DNA of 64,000 nucleotides from Gemmatimonadaceae bacterium. Lineage in GTDB: Bacteria; Gemmatimonadota; Gemmatimonadetes; Gemmatimonadales; Gemmatimonadaceae. The notes below the pieces were generated by a model. That model did no database searches. It worked only from the letters and a program-made list of their open reading frames with translations, and was not told where the DNA came from. The stretch spans positions 1,024,001 through 1,088,000 of the forward strand of contig JBJMOW010000005.1 of the NCBI GenBank assembly GCA_045803545.1. Reading direction: 5' to 3'. Both the position numbers and the translations under genes were made by a program. Positions 28,969-37,520 of this stretch are shown here, piece by piece. Each line of letters opens with the position of its first letter. Within the stretch, counting starts at the first letter, position 1.

Positions 28969-29586
28969 TTATTTCACCGCTGAGGCTGGTGCATAAGGCG
29001 TTGAGCGAGCGACGTACGTCTGCACCTGAAACTCGGTGTCGACCAGTGACTCACCTTTCTTCACCCTCGCCTTGGTCTTGTCGGCGACCGGGTGAAGCTT
29101 GATTGACATCGTTACTGGAGCGATGATGCGGTTCAGCGATCCCACGTTGCTGAGGAACTGTCCCACCGGGTGATAGCCGCCGATCACCGCCAGCTTGTAG
29201 CGGTAAGTATCGAACTGCTCACCGGGGAGAACCGGCATCGGTTCAACAGTGGCCAGGTCCAGTCCGACGCGACGCGCAGCCGTCGAGATATCCTCGAGCA
29301 GTGCCGGTACTTCATTGCTCCTCGGAACGAGCTGGCGCATCACCTTCAGGCTCTGATCGTACTCCGCCGTTTGCGCTTTGAGCTTCTGCAGGCTTCCCTG
29401 CGCGATGTCCGCCTTCGCCTGCTGATTCTTTTTGTCGAGAGAATCGACATGCGCCTGAGCCACCGCCATTTCCTTCGATTTCGGCTTGTACAGGAAGTAC
29501 CAGTAAGCACCGAGTAGTAGCACGGCTGCGATGCCGATGCCGACCAGCGTCTGCTCGCGCTTGGTCATGTTTGCGCCGATAGCCAT
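28969..29586 (-). CDS. pilO: Type IV pilus assembly protein PilO
   Basis: N-terminal TM, VP...EVPALLEDIS, GGYHPVGQFL. Confidence 0.88.
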   Translation of the reverse strand: MAIGANMTKREQTLVGIGIAAVLLLGAYWYFLYKPKSKEMAVAQAHVDSLDKKNQQAKADIAQGSLQKLKAQTAEYDQSLKVMRQLVPRSNEVPALLEDISTAARRVGLDLATVEPMPVLPGEQFDTYRYKLAVIGGYHPVGQFLSNVGSLNRIIAPVTMSIKLHPVADKTKARVKKGESLVDTEFQVQTYVARSTPYAPASAVK

Positions 29587-30413
29587 TACCGCACCGCCGA
29601 GACTACGAGTGGAACTGTCTTGACCACGAATGGAGGCGGAGCTTGCGTCTCTGCCTGCAGCGTGAACTCGGTTACTTCCTTCCCTTCCGCCTGCACCAGG
29701 TCCGACCGCGTCAGCTGCACGTTCTGAATGAACGGCGAGGCCTCGAGCGACTTCATGAATCGCGTCAGTGCCTGAATGTCGACGGTGTGACCAATGATCT
29801 TGAAGTTGATTTGCTTGGCGTCGGCGAGGAGTGAATCCGATCTCACTCTCTTGGCGCGATCGCGCTCAAGCTGTCTCTGCCTCGGCGACTTCGTCGCCTG
29901 ACCGGCAGTATCCGGATTGGCAGCGGCTCCTTTCTTCACCACGGTGTCGGCCATCGCGACGCTTTTTGCCGCGCTCGTCTGCGAGACTTCCACCAGCCAG
30001 GTGTACTGCGGCAGCGCGCTGCTGATCTCGTACATCAGATGCGACCACAGGTACCGCGAGTCGTCGATCGACTTGATGATCGCGATCTGCTGGTACAGCG
30101 AGTCGCGCGTCGCTTCAGCTTTCGCCTTGGCATTGAGCACCGCGCTGTACTGCGCCGAATCCTTGACTGCCTGATTCTCACGCGCGTCGAGCATCGCGGC
30201 TCTCGCCGTCTGGCTGATGAACATCAGGACGATCAGAGCGCCAGCCGCGCCGGCAGCGCCGATCGCACCCAGCATGTACTTGTCGGTGATCTTGTCGGAG
30301 AGACCGGCGAACCACTGTGCCGGATGAATCTCCATCTTGAAGCCGGAGCCGGTGGTGGCCTTGCCGCGCTTCTTCTTCTTGGCGTCGCCGGGGAGCAGGT
30401 TGATTTCAATCAT
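29586..30413 (-). CDS. pilN: Type IV pilus assembly protein PilN
   Basis: IEINLLP, TM, LP..TWL, LEASPF. Confidence 0.88.
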   Translation of the reverse strand: MIEINLLPGDAKKKKRGKATTGSGFKMEIHPAQWFAGLSDKITDKYMLGAIGAAGAAGALIVLMFISQTARAAMLDARENQAVKDSAQYSAVLNAKAKAEATRDSLYQQIAIIKSIDDSRYLWSHLMYEISSALPQYTWLVEVSQTSAAKSVAMADTVVKKGAAANPDTAGQATKSPRQRQLERDRAKRVRSDSLLADAKQINFKIIGHTVDIQALTRFMKSLEASPFIQNVQLTRSDLVQAEGKEVTEFTLQAETQAPPPFVVKTVPLVVSAVR

Positions 30414-30431
30414 TTTCTATGCGTCTCCGGA

Positions 30432-31472
30432 TCAGTTCTTTCGCAGCGCGAGGCCGATCGACAGCATCAGCAGCGGCGCGACTTCGTCGGTCACCAGCGA
30501 ATCCATGGCGCCATCGCGCACCGTCATCGTGGCGAGCGGATTGGCGAGCTCCACTGGCTTGCGGAGGCGCTGACCGAGAGCCTCTGTAAGGCCTGGTGTG
30601 CGCGAGCCACCGCCGCAGGTGTAGACTGCCTTCATCTGGCCGTCGCCCTTGAGCGACGTCGACAGGAACGCGATCGCGCGCTCCAGTCCGGTTGCGATTT
30701 CTTCAGTCCGCGCGGTGATGACGGAGTCCAGCTGCGGTGAACGATCGTAGCCCCGAATGAGGGCTTCGGCGTCGGCGGCTGAGAGTCCATGCTCGCGCTG
30801 CAGATCTTCACGAAGACGACGGGTGCCCACCGGCAAATCGCGGGTGAGAATTGGAACTCCGTCGTCGAGAATGTTGATGTTGGTTACTTCATGGCCGATG
30901 TTGACGAGGCCAACGGCGCCGCTCATCGCGGCGGGATAGTTCACTTCAAAGGCGTTGTGGAGCGCAAAAGCGTCGACATCCATCTGCATTGGTGTGATGC
31001 CAGCCTCGGCGAGGATGCGGAGCTTGGCTTCGACCAGATCGCGCTTGGCTGCGACAAGGAGCACGCTCATCTCGTCACGACTGTCGCCGTTCTCGTCCAG
31101 AATCTGGAAATCCAGCTCCACCGAGTCGACGTCGGGCACGTGTTGCTCCGCTTCCCAGCGCATTAACTCGCGCGCCTGCGCTTCCTTGACGCGCTCAGTC
31201 TTGATTCGCTTGATGATTACATCGCGGCCACCGACGGCGGCGACAACGGCCTTGGTGTTGGCGTCAACGGATTCGATGGTCTGGCGGATGATGTCCGAGA
31301 CCATGTGCGGATCCATCACTTCGCCTTCGACGATCGCATCGTCGGGGAGCGGAGTGATGCCGACCTTGACCAGTTCTGGTGTGGACTTCGAGTGATCGAC
31401 CACGGCGACCTTGACCAGGCCGGATCCGATGTCGAGCCCTACGGTAGTCTTCTTCCGGCCAAATAACCCCAT
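30432..31472 (-). CDS. pilM: Type IV pilus assembly protein PilM
   Basis: VGLDIGS, LDFQ, VLLVAAK, DVDAFAL, GGGS, NP, IGLALR. Confidence 0.93.
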   Translation of the reverse strand: MGLFGRKKTTVGLDIGSGLVKVAVVDHSKSTPELVKVGITPLPDDAIVEGEVMDPHMVSDIIRQTIESVDANTKAVVAAVGGRDVIIKRIKTERVKEAQARELMRWEAEQHVPDVDSVELDFQILDENGDSRDEMSVLLVAAKRDLVEAKLRILAEAGITPMQMDVDAFALHNAFEVNYPAAMSGAVGLVNIGHEVTNINILDDGVPILTRDLPVGTRRLREDLQREHGLSAADAEALIRGYDRSPQLDSVITARTEEIATGLERAIAFLSTSLKGDGQMKAVYTCGGGSRTPGLTEALGQRLRKPVELANPLATMTVRDGAMDSLVTDEVAPLLMLSIGLALRKN

Positions 31473-31681
31473 CGCGGCCCTTTCTATGAAATAAGAAGCG
31501 GGTTTTACTCGGGCGCGCGCCGCCTTTCTACGAGCTAGAGGCGTGACAACCCAAGAACCCTGTTTGCTTGCATTTCCATGGAGACCAACCGAGTGGCACT
31601 GCTGCCTCCTGAGTCCGTCACCATCGTTCGAACTAAGACACGATTCAATTGGCGCGAAAGTAACGATGGGCTCCCGAAAGC

Positions 31682-32113
31682 TCACAAAAGCTCCGACCAC
31701 CAAAAGTCAGGAATCGGGTCGACAACCATCGAAGAATCGGCGCTGATTTTGACGCTGATGACCACTCCGATACGTCGCACCGCCTGGCTGTGAGACGATG
31801 CTGATCGTGCCTCCGCCACAATCGCGTACAGAGTCGAGTCGAGGCGGGTGATGGATAGCGAAACCGGCATCGCACCGTCGAAGATTGTGGATAACTCCGC
31901 TCCGCCGACACCGATTTGCTGTGAAGGACGACGCGTCCAGCCGCCAATCGTGCTCGCAACGGCAGACTCCGCGGCGAGCAGCGCCTGCTCTCGCTTCGCC
32001 GATGCGCTGGAGACCTGTGTCTCTTCCGTCGTGGCGACGAAGACACCCGCAACCAGGACGGCGATCAGGAGCATCACAAGGAGAGCAGCGGCCAGCACAA
32101 AGCCCCTTCTCAT
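31682..32113 (-). CDS. PilX-like minor pilin
   Basis: RRG-FVL class III signal lacking E5, followed by ALLAAESA. Confidence 0.75.
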   Translation of the reverse strand: MRRGFVLAAALLVMLLIAVLVAGVFVATTEETQVSSASAKREQALLAAESAVASTIGGWTRRPSQQIGVGGAELSTIFDGAMPVSLSITRLDSTLYAIVAEARSASSHSQAVRRIGVVISVKISADSSMVVDPIPDFWWSELL

Positions 32114-33036
32114 TCGAGGCGGTTTCGAATGGCAACCGACACCCGCGCCGAATCACTCGGTACCCAACGGCGTCCTTCGAGGAGGAGGCTCTGCCGGCTG
32201 GCGGCACGCGCAGTGACGTCGACTCGTCCCAGGGACATCGGTGACGTGGCAACTCGAGCGCCGGCACGATCGAAGTATTCGAACACGAGCCCGGATTGGG
32301 TCGGGTCGCGGCTATAGGGGCGGTAAGGGCCACTTACTGGCTGGACGGTACCGCAGATCGATGGCCCGATCGCGTTGCAGCGACGATAACCGAGATACCA
32401 TTCACCGTCCGACGCGCGGTACAAGCTGTAGCGATTGCGACGAACGAATCTCACTGGCGAGCCTGGATGCACTTCGCCGTTCAAAGGAGCTTGTAGCGAC
32501 ACGAAGAACGCCGCGCCCGCGCTGCCTCCCAACTCCGAGCCACCCGAAAAAGCGGACTCCGGCGGACACGTTGTCGCCGCCACCCGACTACTGAACGCTA
32601 CAATCCTTGTCCGCTGCCATCTCTGAGAAGAAGGTCCCGAGTCGGTGTAGAAGACCGCGAGGTCACCCGTATCCGGCTGGATCGCAAAGGATGTCAGACC
32701 GGCGGCCGGACTCAGTCCTATCTCCGAGTCGCCAAGGCGCTGGCAAACGACAGAGCTTCCAATGGCCGAGAAGAACTCGATCGCTGAATCTGCCAGCAGC
32801 CGCGCGGTATCGGCCACGGACATACCGCGCAAGTCAGTGCTAAGAACTTCGATCGCGTCGCGAACGCTTTGCCTCGTCGTGATCAATTCGCTGCCGCCGA
32901 GGTAGAAACGTTGCTGCCGCAGCAACAGCAAGCCGATTGTGCTGCCAATGATGCCGGCAATTGCCAACACCGCCGTGAGCTCGATCAAGCTGTACCCGCG
33001 CGCCCGTTTTAGCAGCGCAGTCTCCTCGGCGCGCAT
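32110..33036 (-). CDS. PilW-like prepilin-type protein
   Basis: RG-YSLIEL prepilin motif, LSTDLR, several Cys. Confidence 0.8.
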   Translation of the reverse strand: MRAEETALLKRARGYSLIELTAVLAIAGIIGSTIGLLLLRQQRFYLGGSELITTRQSVRDAIEVLSTDLRGMSVADTARLLADSAIEFFSAIGSSVVCQRLGDSEIGLSPAAGLTSFAIQPDTGDLAVFYTDSGPSSQRWQRTRIVAFSSRVAATTCPPESAFSGGSELGGSAGAAFFVSLQAPLNGEVHPGSPVRFVRRNRYSLYRASDGEWYLGYRRCNAIGPSICGTVQPVSGPYRPYSRDPTQSGLVFEYFDRAGARVATSPMSLGRVDVTARAASRQSLLLEGRRWVPSDSARVSVAIRNRLE

Positions 33037-33209
33037 TGGGAGATCAGCACCTCGGTGCGGTTCGCTGCTTCACGCGCGACAGCGGCCCTTCTAGCGTCCC
33101 CGCTTAGCTCTCGCGCAATAACAGCGCTGGTGCTGGCGAGCGCCAGCCCGCCAACGCAGAACACGAACACCGCGACTACGGTTTCGATCAGTGTGTATCC
33201 GTGAGGCAC
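33009..33209 (-). CDS. Short PilV-like prepilin-type protein
   Basis: G-YTLIETVVAVFVFCVGGLAL prepilin motif. Confidence 0.75.
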   Translation of the reverse strand: MPHGYTLIETVVAVFVFCVGGLALASTSAVIARELSGDARRAAVAREAANRTEVLISQCAPRRLRC

Positions 33210-33271
33210 GCGACGACTCTAGTCGAAGCTGCCACTGTCTGCGTCATTCGCGCGTTGCGCGCGAAATCAAA

Positions 33272-34654
33272 TCACTTGGGCTCGGTGGCCAGTCCGTAAC
33301 GCGACAGCTTGCGATACAAGGTCGAGGGATCGATGCCGAGGACTTCAGCCGTGCGCGGCTTGTTGCCGCCCTCGTTTTCCAACACCCACATGATGTATGC
33401 GCGCTCGATCGTATCGAGCGTCGGATTGGTCTGCACTGCTTCGCTCACCAGCGGGTCGGACTTCGGCTCGACGACGCGCTCCGGCAATGCAGACAGCGGA
33501 ATGGTGTTGCCCTTGGCCAGAATTACCGCGCGCTCCAGCGCGTTCTCGAGCTCTCGCACGTTACCAGGCCACGAATAGCGCTGCATCGCCTCCAACGTAT
33601 CGGGCTCCAGGGTTCTCGCCGGCTCGCTCCTCGCTTCTCCCGCGCGCCTCAGGAACGCTTCCGACAGCAACGGGATGTCGCCCGGACGATTGCGCAGCGG
33701 CGGCAGCACGATCGAGATCACATTCAGTCGATAGTAGAGATCGCTCCGAAAGCTGCCGCGCTTGATCTCGTCTTCGAGATCTCGATTCGTCGCCGCGACG
33801 ACGCGCGCGTTGACAGGCTTTGCTTCGGTAGCGCCGACGGGGATGATCTCACGCTGCTGCAGCACCCGCAGCAGCTTCACCTGCGTCGCCGCGGTCGTCT
33901 CGCCGATCTCGTCCAGGAAAAAGGTGCCTTCGCCAGCCGCCGAGAAGAGTCCTTCCTTGTCGCGCGATGCGCCGGTGAAAGATCCTTTGACGTGACCGAA
34001 CAGCTCGCTCTCCAGCAGACTCTCCGGCAGCGCGCCGCAGTTGATCGAGAGGAAGGGCTTGTTGCCGCGGGGCGACAACTCGTGGATGTAGCGGGCGACG
34101 ACTTCCTTACCCGTCCCAGATTCTCCCTGCAGCAACACGGTCGAATCCGTGGTCGCCACTGACTCCGCCACCTGCAGCGCGTCCAGCCACGTCTTGCTGT
34201 TGCCGACGGGCCGGCCGCCCTTCTCTTTCCTCTTGGCATCCGAGCGCAGCACGCGAGTCTCGCGTTTGAGATTGCGATGCTCCGCTGCTCGGCGGAGGAT
34301 GGTCACCAGCTCTTCGTTCTTGAACGGCTTCTGGATGTAGTAAAAGGCGCCGTTGTTCACTGCCCCGATCGCCGACTGCAGGCTCGCCTGCGCCGTCATC
34401 AGAATCACGACCGCGTCGGGGTCGTGCGCGCGCACCGAGGACAGGATGTCGAGACCGGTGACGTCCGGCATTCTGACGTCGGTGATGATCAGGTCGGGCT
34501 TGAGTGCCGCGATCTGCTCGAGGCCTTTCTTGCCGCCGAGTGCAGTGTAGGGAATGAATCCTTCGCTCTTCAAAAGAATGCGTACGGCGTCAAGAATTCC
34601 CTGTTCGTCGTCAATGACGAGGACCGACGGGGCGGAGCTGGTGACGGTTGTCAC
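33272..34654 (-). CDS. Sigma54-dependent response regulator (PilR/NtrC-like)
   Basis: Receiver domain, GESGTGKE, ESELFGHVKGSFTGA, FRSDLYYRL, Fis-type HTH. Confidence 0.93.
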   Translation of the reverse strand: MTTVTSSAPSVLVIDDEQGILDAVRILLKSEGFIPYTALGGKKGLEQIAALKPDLIITDVRMPDVTGLDILSSVRAHDPDAVVILMTAQASLQSAIGAVNNGAFYYIQKPFKNEELVTILRRAAEHRNLKRETRVLRSDAKRKEKGGRPVGNSKTWLDALQVAESVATTDSTVLLQGESGTGKEVVARYIHELSPRGNKPFLSINCGALPESLLESELFGHVKGSFTGASRDKEGLFSAAGEGTFFLDEIGETTAATQVKLLRVLQQREIIPVGATEAKPVNARVVAATNRDLEDEIKRGSFRSDLYYRLNVISIVLPPLRNRPGDIPLLSEAFLRRAGEARSEPARTLEPDTLEAMQRYSWPGNVRELENALERAVILAKGNTIPLSALPERVVEPKSDPLVSEAVQTNPTLDTIERAYIMWVLENEGGNKPRTAEVLGIDPSTLYRKLSRYGLATEPK

Positions 34655-36063
34655 GCGGGCCTCTTGAGGTTTGCCCTCGGCGTGCGGCGACGCGATGCTA
34701 CTTCCTCACCCAGCTTGGGGATGATCACCGTGAATTTCGTGCCGCTTCCTCTGCCGCTGCTATCGACCAGGATGAAGCCGTGATGTGCTTCGACAGCGCG
34801 ATGGACGATCGACAGGCCAAGTCCGCTCCCGCCGGTCTTCGTCGTCACAAAGGGCTCGAACAATCTTTCCTTGATAGAGTCTGCGATACCGCGGCCGTTG
34901 TCGCTGACCTGGATCATCAGCGCGCCGCGCGTGAAGTGCGACGCCTGAGGCGGCAAATGCTGGTGCGAGATCTCGGAAGCTTCGATCACAACTTCGTCGC
35001 CAGGAGAAGAAGCCTGCACTGCGTTTAACAGGAGGTTGAAGATCGCGCGGTGTAGCAGATCGTCATCGCCAACGACGACCAGTGACTTTGAAGGAAACAC
35101 CTCGCGGATGCGCACGTTCTCGGGCTTGCTCGGATGGCGGGCGACTAGATCGGCAGCGTGATGCGCAATCTCGACAAGGTCCGCCTTCCGCACGCTGGTA
35201 ACGCCAGTGCGCGCGAAATCGAGGAACTCGGAGAGCAAACGTGACAATCGATCCGACTCGCGCTGAACGAGCTTGGTCAGCGTTCTGGTGTCTTCGTCTG
35301 CGGCCGGCACTTTCGCCAGCAGCTCGGCGGCGCTTCTGATTGAAGCCAGCGGATTCTTGATCTCGTGCGCGAGCGAGGCACTCAGCTCGGCGACGGCCTC
35401 AAGTCGCTCGGCGCGGGTATGAAGACGCTCGACGTCAGCCTCACGAAGCCTGAACGCGGCCAACTCTGCGGCCATCTCTTCCCGATTGCCGTGTGCCTCG
35501 CGCAGCCGCGCGCCGATATAGCCGCATCCGAGAGCTACCGCTCCGAAGATTCCCAGCTGTACCAATACTGGCGTGTCGAACACCGTCGAACGATCCGCGA
35601 TCGTGATCGAGAAGTAGAAGACATCGCCCAGCAACGCGATCAGCACGACGCCCGCCGGCGGCAGCAACAGCGCACTGATGGCGATGACCAGGATGTACAG
35701 CGGCGCCAATTGGGATAGCGTGGCGGTCTGCGTGACGTGAACGATCGCTGTCACAAGCAGCAGATCGAAGATCGTCTGCAGATAGAAGAACGTGTCGCCA
35801 AGACCGTTCGGCCGGCGCGCGGCGTACAACATCGAGCCGCCGGTGAAGAACATGCTCGCGATAAACGCCAGCGTCGTCAGCAGTGTCGCTGTACTGTCGG
35901 CACGCCGCCAAACGACGATGGCCGCAATGAAGATTGCCGATGCCAGCGAAAGCCGGCCGATATAGAGGACTCGAAGGACCCTCTCCCGCCCCCCGCTATT
36001 GGAAGCAGGAAGCGTTAGCGCTGGCTGAGGGGCCGCGGGACTGACCGGGACTGCCGGAAGCAA
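34651..36063 (-). CDS. Membrane sensor histidine kinase (PilS-like); start uncertain
   Basis: About 6 TM, AHEIKNPL, NLLLNA, DNGRG, FVTTK, GSGLGL. Confidence 0.88.
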   Translation of the reverse strand: MLPAVPVSPAAPQPALTLPASNSGGRERVLRVLYIGRLSLASAIFIAAIVVWRRADSTATLLTTLAFIASMFFTGGSMLYAARRPNGLGDTFFYLQTIFDLLLVTAIVHVTQTATLSQLAPLYILVIAISALLLPPAGVVLIALLGDVFYFSITIADRSTVFDTPVLVQLGIFGAVALGCGYIGARLREAHGNREEMAAELAAFRLREADVERLHTRAERLEAVAELSASLAHEIKNPLASIRSAAELLAKVPAADEDTRTLTKLVQRESDRLSRLLSEFLDFARTGVTSVRKADLVEIAHHAADLVARHPSKPENVRIREVFPSKSLVVVGDDDLLHRAIFNLLLNAVQASSPGDEVVIEASEISHQHLPPQASHFTRGALMIQVSDNGRGIADSIKERLFEPFVTTKTGGSGLGLSIVHRAVEAHHGFILVDSSGRGSGTKFTVIIPKLGEEVASRRRTPRANLKRPA

Positions 36064-36173
36064 GTATTCCAAGCTGCGTGGGTTAGAGACTGACGTCAAT
36101 AAGACGCTTCGGCGGGCTCCTAAGTCTCTACTACTATATAGATTAGATGAATATGGTCCTGGGACTAGTTGCC

Positions 36174-37520
36174 GTGGAGGCCGCGGACCCTCCAAGTATC
36201 ACCGTGGCGACGAGCAGCATACTGGCAGTACTGGGACTCGTCGCCATCAACGGGTTCTTCGTGGCCGCCGAGTTTTCTTTGGTGGCTGCTCGACGCAGCA
36301 AGCTCGACGAGATGATCGCGAAGGGCGACCGTGGTGCAAGGGTCGTCCAGACCGCCCTCAAGGAAATCGATCGCTACATCGCCGCCACTCAACTCGGTAT
36401 CACGATCGCTTCACTGGCGCTGGGCTGGGTCGGCGAACCCGTACTCGCTCACCTTTTCGACCAGACGTTTCGATTCATCGGTCTGAATCCGTCGGCTACT
36501 GCCACGCACGTCGCGGCGGTCCCGGTCGCCTTCTTCCTCCTGACGTTCTTCCATATCGTGTTGGGCGAGCTGGCGCCAAAATCAATCGCGCTTGCCAGTC
36601 CGGAGAGGACCGCCAAGGCAGTCGCCCGGCCGTTGATGGTTTTCTCCCGTTTCATGTCGCCTCTGATCTGGTTGTTCAATGGAGCGGCCAACGGACTGCT
36701 GCGAATCTTCGGCGTCGAGCCAGCGAGCGATCAGGAAGGCCACAGTCCCGAGGAGATACGTTTTCTGGTGATGCAGGCGCACGCGCGCGGCACCCTCGAT
36801 GAGTCGGACAGGGCGATGCTGGCGGGCGTGCTCGATTTCCACGAGAAAAAAGCGCGGGACGTGATGCGGCCTCGAACAGACATCGTCGCGCTCGAAATCG
36901 AGTCTACAGAAGAAGAAGTCTGGGAAGCCCTGCGTCGCGAGCGGTATTCCCGTTATCCGGTCTACCGTGAATCACTCGACGATGTCATTGGCGTCTTCCT
37001 CGCCAAGGATTTGTGGCTTCATTCGGGAGACGCACCGTTCAATCTCGCCGACTTCGTCCGTGAGCCGATGTACGTTCCCGATAGTCGACCGGCCGAGCGC
37101 GTGCTGGACGATCTGCGCCGCACTCGCGCGCACATGGCAGTCGTGCTGGACGAGTACGGCGGCACCGCCGGGATCGTAACGATGGAGGATCTCGTCGAGG
37201 AAGTAGTCGGCGACATCTCCGACGAATACGATTTCGCGTCGCGTGAATCGATCGTGACTGATGGCGTGCTCGAGCTCGCCGGATCGATGTCGCTGATCGA
37301 CGTCCGCTCCGACTACCGCATTCCGATTCCTGAAGGCGACTGGACGACGCTGGGCGGTTACGCGTTCGCGAAGCTTGGTCGCCTGCCGCGGATGGGAGAC
37401 CGGATTCAGATTCCGGGTGGCGAGATGGAAGTCGTAGCGATGGATGGTCGCCGCATCGCGGCGTTGAGAATTCATCGGGCCGGCGTCAGACAGCCGGCGC
37501 CGGTGGCACAGCCGGCCTAA
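36174..37520 (+). CDS. CNNM/CBS/CorC (hemolysin-family) transporter-associated protein
   Basis: NGFFVAAEF, QLGIT, GELAPK, SRYPV, DEYGGTAG, TLGG; start uncertain (36147-36174). Confidence 0.92.
   Translation: MEAADPPSITVATSSILAVLGLVAINGFFVAAEFSLVAARRSKLDEMIAKGDRGARVVQTALKEIDRYIAATQLGITIASLALGWVGEPVLAHLFDQTFRFIGLNPSATATHVAAVPVAFFLLTFFHIVLGELAPKSIALASPERTAKAVARPLMVFSRFMSPLIWLFNGAANGLLRIFGVEPASDQEGHSPEEIRFLVMQAHARGTLDESDRAMLAGVLDFHEKKARDVMRPRTDIVALEIESTEEEVWEALRRERYSRYPVYRESLDDVIGVFLAKDLWLHSGDAPFNLADFVREPMYVPDSRPAERVLDDLRRTRAHMAVVLDEYGGTAGIVTMEDLVEEVVGDISDEYDFASRESIVTDGVLELAGSMSLIDVRSDYRIPIPEGDWTTLGGYAFAKLGRLPRMGDRIQIPGGEMEVVAMDGRRIAALRIHRAGVRQPAPVAQPA

Noticed and set aside
33191..34162. Long antisense ORFs (also 41766-42782, 43165-44217, 49088-49963 and others)
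   Set aside because: Shadow frames of well-supported genes in high-GC DNA, with no recognisable motifs
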